A stretch of DNA of 42,492 bases, taken from an uncultured Ruminococcus sp. GTDB taxonomy: Bacteria; Bacillota; Clostridia; Oscillospirales; Acutalibacteraceae. Each line of letters begins with the position of its first letter. The first letter of the stretch is position 1. Below, piece by piece: positions 36,766 through 42,492 of the stretch. The stretch covers positions 1-42,492 of the forward strand of contig CAYLQF010000001.1 in assembly GCA_964385735.1 (NCBI GenBank). The letters are read 5' to 3'. A program made the position numbers and the translations under genes. The notes under the pieces were generated by a model. The model worked only from the letters and a program-made list of their open reading frames with translations. It did no database searches and was not told the origin of the DNA.

Positions 36766-37449
36766 ATGCGACTTTTACTTGTCGAGGATGAAAAAAGAAT
36801 GGCACAGGCATTGTGTGAAATCTTGCGCCTTGAAAAATATGAGGTTGACCATTACACAAACGGTCTTGACGGCTTGTCCGCAATCGAAAGCAATGTTTAC
36901 GATATTGTAATTCTTGATGTTATGCTTCCGAAAATGAATGGGTATGAGATTGCAAAAATAGCCCGCAGCAAAGGCGTTACAGCTCCGATTTTAATGCTTA
37001 CCGCCAAGGCAGAGCTTGACGATAAAGTAATGGGGCTTGACAGCGGTGCAGATGATTACTTGACAAAGCCGTTTATGACTAAGGAATTACTTGCTAGGCT
37101 TCGTGCGCTCAGCAGGCGAAGGCTCGGCACAACCGACGGGATATTATCCTTTGCGGATATTACCCTTGATATAAGCACGCTGATTTTATCCTGCACAAGC
37201 AACGGTCAAAGTGTTAGACTCAGTGAAAAGGAATACCGTATTCTTGAATATTTAATGTCTAACAGTGGTCATATTTTAACCCGTGAACAGCTTGCGTTAA
37301 AAATTTGGGGATTTGAAAGCGAAGCCGAGTACAATAATGTGGAAGTATATATGTCGTTTACCCGTAAAAAGCTTGCGTTTGTCGAAGCAAGGACCGAAAT
37401 TAAAGCCGTGCGTGGAATCGGATATGAATTAAGGTGCGACAATGTTTAA
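36766..37449 (+). CDS. OmpR/PhoB-family response regulator
   Basis: Receiver domain (MRLLLVEDE..., DIVILDVMLP, LTAK) plus a winged-helix C-terminus (VEVYMSFTRKKL...VRGIGYEL). GGGAGG SD. Confidence 0.9.
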   Translation: MRLLLVEDEKRMAQALCEILRLEKYEVDHYTNGLDGLSAIESNVYDIVILDVMLPKMNGYEIAKIARSKGVTAPILMLTAKAELDDKVMGLDSGADDYLTKPFMTKELLARLRALSRRRLGTTDGILSFADITLDISTLILSCTSNGQSVRLSEKEYRILEYLMSNSGHILTREQLALKIWGFESEAEYNNVEVYMSFTRKKLAFVEARTEIKAVRGIGYELRCDNV

Positions 37450-38692
37450 GAAATCAAGACGAAAAATCGTTACGGCAATTATGTCCATACTTGTGGCTTT
37501 ATGGGTGGGAACACTCGGTGTTATCTATGTATCCAGCTATTTCGAAATGACAGGACAAAACGAACAAATGCTTCAAACACACGCCGAGCTGTATGTGCTT
37601 CCTCAAGCATTTGAGGAAACGCTTCCGCCAGAAAAGCCTGTTCCGGACAGTAATAAAAATACCACTCCCGACTTTGAAGAACAGTCGCCGAGGTTTCGGC
37701 TGTCCACTTTTTATACCGTTGCAATGTCGTATGACGGAGAAATTCTTGAGATAAAGAACGAACAGCCGACTATACATACCGATGCTGAGCTGGAAAATAT
37801 GGCGCAAAGCATTATTAAGAGCAATAAGAGTGCCGGCAGCAGCGACAATCTTGCTTTCTGTAAAACGGATAAGGGCGGATATCTCCTTGTTACCTTTATG
37901 GATAATACCGTTATCAATGAAAGCGCTATGACTTTATTTCGGTACACACTTATTTTCGGTTGTGTGGCAATGGTGCTGTTTTTCTTTCTGTCGGTATTTC
38001 TTGCGAGGAAAATCGTACATCCGCTTGAGGAAAGCTATCAAAAGCAGAAGCAATTTATATCCGATGCCGGTCATGAGCTGAAAACACCGGTATCGGTGGT
38101 TAGTGCCAATGCCGAGCTTTTGTCCCGTGAGCTCGGTGATAATCAATGGCTTCAAAACATTCAATACGAAAACGAACGGATGGGCATACTTGTAGGGCAG
38201 CTTCTTGAGCTTGCCCGAACTGAAAAGCTTACGCCGCAGACAGAGCATATTGATTTCAGCCGGCTTGTTGCCGGAGAAACGCTTCCGTTTGAAAGTGTGG
38301 CCTTTGAAAAGGGAATGGTTTTGAACAGCGATATTACTAAGGGCATTGCTGTAGAAGGCAACAGCACACAGCTTAAACAAATTGTAGCTATACTTCTTGA
38401 TAATGCTATTCGTCACAGCAAGAAGCCTGGTGAAGTGTATTTATCCTTAACAAGGGAAAGCAATCTTGCCAAGCTTTCCGTTATCAATAACGGCGATGAA
38501 ATCTCTACGGAACAGCGTGAGCGGATATTTGAACGCTTTTATCGACTTGATACTGCCCGTAGCGAAGAGGATAAGCATTACGGTCTGGGCCTTGCCATAG
38601 CCAAAGCAATAGTAGCTTCGCACAAGGGTCGAATCGAAGTGCTTTGCTATAACGGACTTGTGGAATTCAGAGTGCAAATTCCGGAAAGCTGA
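37442..38692 (+). CDS. Sensor histidine kinase (two TM helices, extracytoplasmic sensor, HisKA + HATPase_c)
   Basis: H-box SDAGHELKTP, N-box LLDNAIRHS, G-box GLGLAIAK. TM1 is at about aa 9-31 and TM2 at about aa 165-187. It overlaps the RR gene by 8 nt. Confidence 0.9.
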   Translation: MFKKSRRKIVTAIMSILVALWVGTLGVIYVSSYFEMTGQNEQMLQTHAELYVLPQAFEETLPPEKPVPDSNKNTTPDFEEQSPRFRLSTFYTVAMSYDGEILEIKNEQPTIHTDAELENMAQSIIKSNKSAGSSDNLAFCKTDKGGYLLVTFMDNTVINESAMTLFRYTLIFGCVAMVLFFFLSVFLARKIVHPLEESYQKQKQFISDAGHELKTPVSVVSANAELLSRELGDNQWLQNIQYENERMGILVGQLLELARTEKLTPQTEHIDFSRLVAGETLPFESVAFEKGMVLNSDITKGIAVEGNSTQLKQIVAILLDNAIRHSKKPGEVYLSLTRESNLAKLSVINNGDEISTEQRERIFERFYRLDTARSEEDKHYGLGLAIAKAIVASHKGRIEVLCYNGLVEFRVQIPES

Positions 38693-38705
38693 AAAATTTA
38701 ACAAT

Positions 38706-38738
38706 TTCAATATTACTTCAATATTCCTCCTGTACAAT
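38706..38738 (+). promoter_or_regulatory. Putative RR-dependent promoter of the VTC-DUF4956-CotH operon
   Basis: TTCAATATT (38706-38714), ac, TTCAATATT (38717-38725), 7 nt, TACAAT (38733-38738). There is no good -35. The architecture matches the box upstream of the RR gene. Confidence 0.5.
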
Positions 38739-38768
38739 GATATCATTAAAGTACAGGAGGATTTTTAT
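38726..38768 (+). terminator. Terminator-like hairpin after the histidine kinase gene (overlaps the putative downstream promoter)
   Basis: CCTCCTGTAC (38726-38735) / GTACAGGAGG (38751-38760), a 15-nt loop containing the palindrome AATGATATCATT, followed by ATTTTTAT. Confidence 0.5.
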
Positions 38769-38798
38769 GCGAAGGCTGAATGAGAAGGGAGTGAAGAG

Positions 38799-39470
38799 AT
38801 GAAATACCGACACGAGTGGAAGCATGAGATAAGCTACGGTGATATGCTCGTTCTCCGGCAGCGTTTATCTGCTGTTATGAAGTGTGATGCTCACGCTGTT
38901 GACGGCAAGTATTTGATCCGAAGTTTGTATTTCGATAACGCATACGATAAGGCACTGAGAGAAAAGCTTGACGGTGTGAATATTCGTGAAAAATTCCGAA
39001 TTCGATATTATAACGGTGATACATCCTTGATTCATCTGGAGAAGAAAAGCAAGGTGAACGGCTTATGCCTGAAGGACAGCACGGTGCTGACCGAAGAACA
39101 GGCACAGTCGATTGTAAAGGGTGACTATACTTGGATGGTAGACAGTGGTGCTCCGTTGATTCAGGAGCTGTACAGTAAAATGCTGAGTCAGGGACTGAGA
39201 CCTAAAGTCATCGTAGATTATTTAAGAGAGCCTTTTGTGTTCGCACCGGGCAATGTAAGGGTTACTATTGACTATAATATTCGCACGGGAATGAATTGTA
39301 CGGACTTTTTAAATTCCGACTGTGTTACGGTTACTGCGGGTGATGCTCCCATAATCCTTGAAGTGAAATGGGATGAATATCTGCCGGATATTATCCGTGA
39401 TGTTGTACAGCTCCCTAATTGCCGAGTGGGTGCTTTTTCAAAATATGCCGTATGCAGAATATACGGCTGA
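38799..39470 (+). CDS. VTC-domain (polyphosphate-polymerase-like, triphosphate-tunnel fold) protein
   Basis: 223 aa with no TM helix. It shows the alternating charged beta-strand motifs typical of CYTH/VTC tunnels: YRHEWKHEI, EKFRIRYY, IHLEKKSK, IILEVKWDE. Confidence 0.7.
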   Translation: MKYRHEWKHEISYGDMLVLRQRLSAVMKCDAHAVDGKYLIRSLYFDNAYDKALREKLDGVNIREKFRIRYYNGDTSLIHLEKKSKVNGLCLKDSTVLTEEQAQSIVKGDYTWMVDSGAPLIQELYSKMLSQGLRPKVIVDYLREPFVFAPGNVRVTIDYNIRTGMNCTDFLNSDCVTVTAGDAPIILEVKWDEYLPDIIRDVVQLPNCRVGAFSKYAVCRIYG

Positions 39471-39499
39471 AGCAATTTAATTTATAAGGAGTAAGTATT

Positions 39500-40171
39500 A
39501 TGACCTTCAATGACATTTTCAAATCAAGCTTTTTGGAAAATATTACAAGCGTGAGCATTCTCGATATGGCGCTTGCTTTAGTCCTCGCCTTTGGCGTAGG
39601 GATGTTTATTTTTCTTGTATATAAAAAGACCTATCAGGGTGTAATGTATTCTTCGAGCTTCGGAACAACACTTGTTGCCCTTACGATGATCACCACCGTT
39701 GTTATCCTTGCGGTAACCTCCAATGTGGTTCTTTCTCTCGGTATGGTAGGCGCACTTTCTATTGTTCGTTTTCGTACCGCCATTAAGGAGCCTCTTGATA
39801 TTGCTTTTCTTTTCTGGTCAATTGCGGTAGGCATCGTATTGGCGGCGGGTATGATTCCTCTTGCCGTAATCGGCAGCGTTATCATCGGAGTAATCCTTCT
39901 TGTATTCGTGAACAGAAAGTCTTACTGCAACCCGTATATTCTTGTTCTTTCCTGTGCCGATGCCACGGCAGAAAAGAAAGCAGTTGATTTTCTAAAAGGA
40001 AATGTTCAAAAATGTGTTGTTAAGAGCAAAACAGCAGCTAAGGGCTTAATTGAACTTAATCTTGAAATTCGTATGGCGAATGACAGCACCGATTTCATCA
40101 ATGCTCTCAGCGCCATGTCCGGTGTAAACAGCGCAGTTCTTGTAAGCTATAACGGCGAGTATATGGGCTAA
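39500..40171 (+). CDS. DUF4956-family membrane protein
   Basis: 223 aa with four predicted TM helices, the conserved-looking basic motif LGMVGALSIVRFRTAIKEPLD, and a soluble C-terminal domain of about 85 aa. AAGGAG SD. Confidence 0.65.
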   Translation: MTFNDIFKSSFLENITSVSILDMALALVLAFGVGMFIFLVYKKTYQGVMYSSSFGTTLVALTMITTVVILAVTSNVVLSLGMVGALSIVRFRTAIKEPLDIAFLFWSIAVGIVLAAGMIPLAVIGSVIIGVILLVFVNRKSYCNPYILVLSCADATAEKKAVDFLKGNVQKCVVKSKTAAKGLIELNLEIRMANDSTDFINALSAMSGVNSAVLVSYNGEYMG

Positions 40172-40182
40172 GGAGGTACGCT

Positions 40183-42330
40183 ATGTCAACACATAAGCAT
40201 TTTGATAAAATTTGCTGTGTTGTTCTTGCCGTCACGCTGCTTCTTACTGTATTGTTTATGAATGCCGAAAAATTCGGCGTGCAAAAGACCTCCACGGTAA
40301 TGGGATATGAAAACAAGCTGTTTGACATCTCTACTGTCCATACGATAGATATTATTATGGATGATTGGGATACCTTTACGGCAAATTGTAAAAGTGAAGA
40401 ATACTACCCCTGCTCGGTTGTGATTGATAATGAAGCTTATAAAAATGTTGCAATACGAGGTAAGGGTAATACTTCGCTGACTCAGGTTGAAGCCTATGGA
40501 AATGACCGTTACAGCTTCAAGCTTGAGTTTGACCATTACGACAGCACCAAAACCTACTACGGGCTAGATAAATTGTGTCTGAACAATATCATTCAGGACA
40601 ACACCTATATGAAGGATTATCTGACCTATCAGATGATGAATGAAATGGGTGTGGCTTCTCCTCTTTGCAGTTATGTTTATATTACCGTTAACGGTGAGGC
40701 TTGGGGACTTTATCTTGCGGTAGAGGGCGTTGAGGAAGCTTTTCTGCAACGCAATTACGGAAATAATTACGGTGAGCTTTATAAGCCTGACAGTCAGAGC
40801 ATGGGCGGCGGCCGAGGAAACGGTGAAAAATTCGATATGGATGAATTTTTAGGCGGTTCCGACTCCGAGAGCGCAGACAATATTCAAAGCAGTGATATCG
40901 ATAACGGTAATCAAATGCCGAGCGGAAATATGCAGGGCGGAACAATCCCTCCGGAGCTACCAAGCGGAGGAATACCCCAGAGCAATAATGCACAAGGCGG
41001 TATGAGACCTTTCGGCAATTCGGCAATCACAGACGGTTCATCAACCGATACCGACAGTCGGGCGCAGCAAGGCGGTATTGCTTCGGAAATCGGAGGACAA
41101 ATGCCTGAGGGCAGTATGCGTGACGAAGCTAAAGGCGGAATGACAAACGGCAGCGATGATGTATTGCTGAAATATATTGATGATGAGCTTGAAAGCTATG
41201 TAAATATCTTCGACAATGCTAAAACCGATGCCTCTGACAGTGATAAAAAGCGATTGATTGCAGCTCTTAAAAGCTTGAACAGCGGCGAAGACCTGAAGAA
41301 CACCGTTGATATTGAGAAGGTGATTCGTTATTTCGTTGTGCATAATTTCGTTTTGAACTTCGACAGCTATACCGGTTCGATGATTCACAACTATTATCTT
41401 TACGAAAAAGACGGACAAATGCAGATGATTCCGTGGGACTATAACCTTGCCTTCGGCGGCTTTCAATCTATGAGAGATGCTACAAGTCTTGTGAACTATC
41501 CGATAGATTCTCCTGTATCCGGCGGTAATGTCGAGGACAGACCGATGCTTGCATGGATATTTGAAAATGAGGAATACACAGAACTTTATCATCAATATTT
41601 TGCGGAATTCATAACTGAGTATTTTGACAGCGGTTATTTCTCGGAGATGATAGATGACATAAACGCAATGATTTCTCCTTATGTTGAAAATGATCCCACC
41701 AAGTTCTGCACCTATGAAGAATTTGAAACGGGTATTGCAACACTTAAAGAGTTCTGCTTACTTCGTGCCGAAAGTATAAGCGGTCAGCTTAACGGTACCA
41801 TCGGATCAACCTCCGACACACAGACAAGCGATACTCTTATTGATGCGGGCGATCTGCAAATCGACGATATGGGCTCTATGAACAACACGATGAGCGACGG
41901 TATGCAGTTCGGCGGAAATATCCAAATTCCGAATGCGGACGCAGCCTCTAACGGTGAACAGCTTTCCGGTATAGGTAAAAGCAACGAAGCTATAGAGCCT
42001 GCCGCAAGCACACCTGATAGCTCCAAAAGCGATGGGGCAACAGGCAGACTGATGACACAAATGCCTAACGGTAATCAGGGTGGCTTTAACGGAGGGCAGC
42101 TGCAAGGCGAAGCACCGCCCGATTTTGCCGAAGGCGAAAACGGACAGCAGGGTGATTTCGGCGGTCAAATGCAACCGCCTGACGGAAACGCTCAAATTGA
42201 CAATAATAAACAAATGCAGCAGCAAGGGGAAAGCACTGTAGATATTTTCTCATGGCTTGCGGTCGGTATAAGCACGGCAATTCTTGTATTGGGACTTGTG
42301 TTTGCGTTCAGATTCAAAAGGCGAAAATAA
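40183..42330 (+). CDS. CotH-family atypical kinase, membrane-anchored at both termini
   Basis: CotH-like motifs YSFKLEFD, GELYKPD, HNYYLYEKDGQMQMIPWDYNLAFG. N-terminal TM at aa 10-26 and C-terminal TM at aa 688-709 followed by RFKRRK. AAGGAGG SD. Confidence 0.75.
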   Translation: MSTHKHFDKICCVVLAVTLLLTVLFMNAEKFGVQKTSTVMGYENKLFDISTVHTIDIIMDDWDTFTANCKSEEYYPCSVVIDNEAYKNVAIRGKGNTSLTQVEAYGNDRYSFKLEFDHYDSTKTYYGLDKLCLNNIIQDNTYMKDYLTYQMMNEMGVASPLCSYVYITVNGEAWGLYLAVEGVEEAFLQRNYGNNYGELYKPDSQSMGGGRGNGEKFDMDEFLGGSDSESADNIQSSDIDNGNQMPSGNMQGGTIPPELPSGGIPQSNNAQGGMRPFGNSAITDGSSTDTDSRAQQGGIASEIGGQMPEGSMRDEAKGGMTNGSDDVLLKYIDDELESYVNIFDNAKTDASDSDKKRLIAALKSLNSGEDLKNTVDIEKVIRYFVVHNFVLNFDSYTGSMIHNYYLYEKDGQMQMIPWDYNLAFGGFQSMRDATSLVNYPIDSPVSGGNVEDRPMLAWIFENEEYTELYHQYFAEFITEYFDSGYFSEMIDDINAMISPYVENDPTKFCTYEEFETGIATLKEFCLLRAESISGQLNGTIGSTSDTQTSDTLIDAGDLQIDDMGSMNNTMSDGMQFGGNIQIPNADAASNGEQLSGIGKSNEAIEPAASTPDSSKSDGATGRLMTQMPNGNQGGFNGGQLQGEAPPDFAEGENGQQGDFGGQMQPPDGNAQIDNNKQMQQQGESTVDIFSWLAVGISTAILVLGLVFAFRFKRRK

Positions 42331-42390
42331 TTAAGAGGGCCGGAGCTAGTTTCTGCGGTATGCTATTCTCTTTACAGGTAAAAGCATAAA

Positions 42391-42430
42391 AATAAGTGCG
42401 TTAGGTCTTGAATTACCTTTTGCACTTATT
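42391..42430. terminator. Possible (bidirectional) terminator hairpin after the CotH gene
   Basis: AATAAGTGC (42391-42399) / GCACTTATT (42422-42430) with inner AGGT/ACCT pairing. The T tract is better on the - strand (TTTTTATGCTTTT) than on the + strand. Confidence 0.35.
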
Positions 42431-42492
42431 ATAAAACCTTTTTTACCGCAATTTATTTGCAAATTTTGCTTGACAAAAATGTGCTTAAATTA

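Noticed and set aside
36653-36883. 76-aa - strand ORF spanning the RR promoter region and the RR start.
   Set aside because: It overlaps the SD and start of a clear response-regulator gene and its promoter. It has no SD and its composition looks non-coding.
1-42492. Search by eye for CRISPR arrays, tRNA/rRNA genes, IS elements, integrases, prophage genes or long direct or inverted repeats. I also noted the very frequent AAGCTT and GAGCTT hexamers.
   Set aside because: Apart from the T-box leader (about 350 nt) and the glgP upstream region (270 nt), all intergenic regions are under about 230 nt. They are accounted for by promoters, terminators, the T-box leader or the glgP leader. No spacer-repeat periodicity was seen and no transposase-like or recombinase-like ORFs. 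The hexamer excess is explained by the preferred codon pairs Lys/Glu-Leu (AAG/GAG CTT) inside genes, not by a repeat element.

Overview
This is a 42.5-kb chromosomal window with Firmicutes/Clostridia-type organisation: strong GGAGG Shine-Dalgarno sites, a T-box leader, and a rimP-nusA-ylxR-L7Ae-infB-rbfA-nrnA-truB-ribF operon. It is almost fully coding, with 36 supported CDS, mostly on the + strand. From left to right it contains: an AraC regulator divergent from a Gfo/Idh/MocA oxidoreductase plus DMT permease; a cyclophilin lipoprotein and a D-Ala-D-Ala carboxypeptidase (- strand); a metallophosphoesterase; a zinc-ribbon/kinase-like/PASTA membrane protein with degenerate catalytic motifs; the translation-factor operon; a lipoprotein and DUF1015; glycogen phosphorylase plus a GH13 enzyme; murI-DUF1934-argS-pncB; lipoprotein-lon-engB; an Asn-specific T-box leader in front of asnS-asnA; and an AraC regulator plus a GH127/146-like lipoprotein. 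The right end holds a self-contained ~5.8-kb module: an OmpR-type response regulator, a histidine kinase, a VTC (polyphosphate-polymerase-like) domain protein, a DUF4956 membrane protein, and a CotH kinase with membrane anchors at both ends. This module is my top candidate for an uncharacterised system. It looks like a split bacterial analogue of the eukaryotic VTC polyphosphate synthase/translocase, coupled to a kinase predicted to face outward. The same pho-box-like direct repeat (TTCAATATT, 11-bp phasing, 6-7 nt upstream of a -10 box) precedes both the regulator gene and the VTC gene, which points to a shared regulon. By eye I found no rRNA or tRNA genes, CRISPR arrays, transposases, integrases or large DNA repeats. 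All family assignments rest on motif recognition in the translated ORFs, not on database searches.
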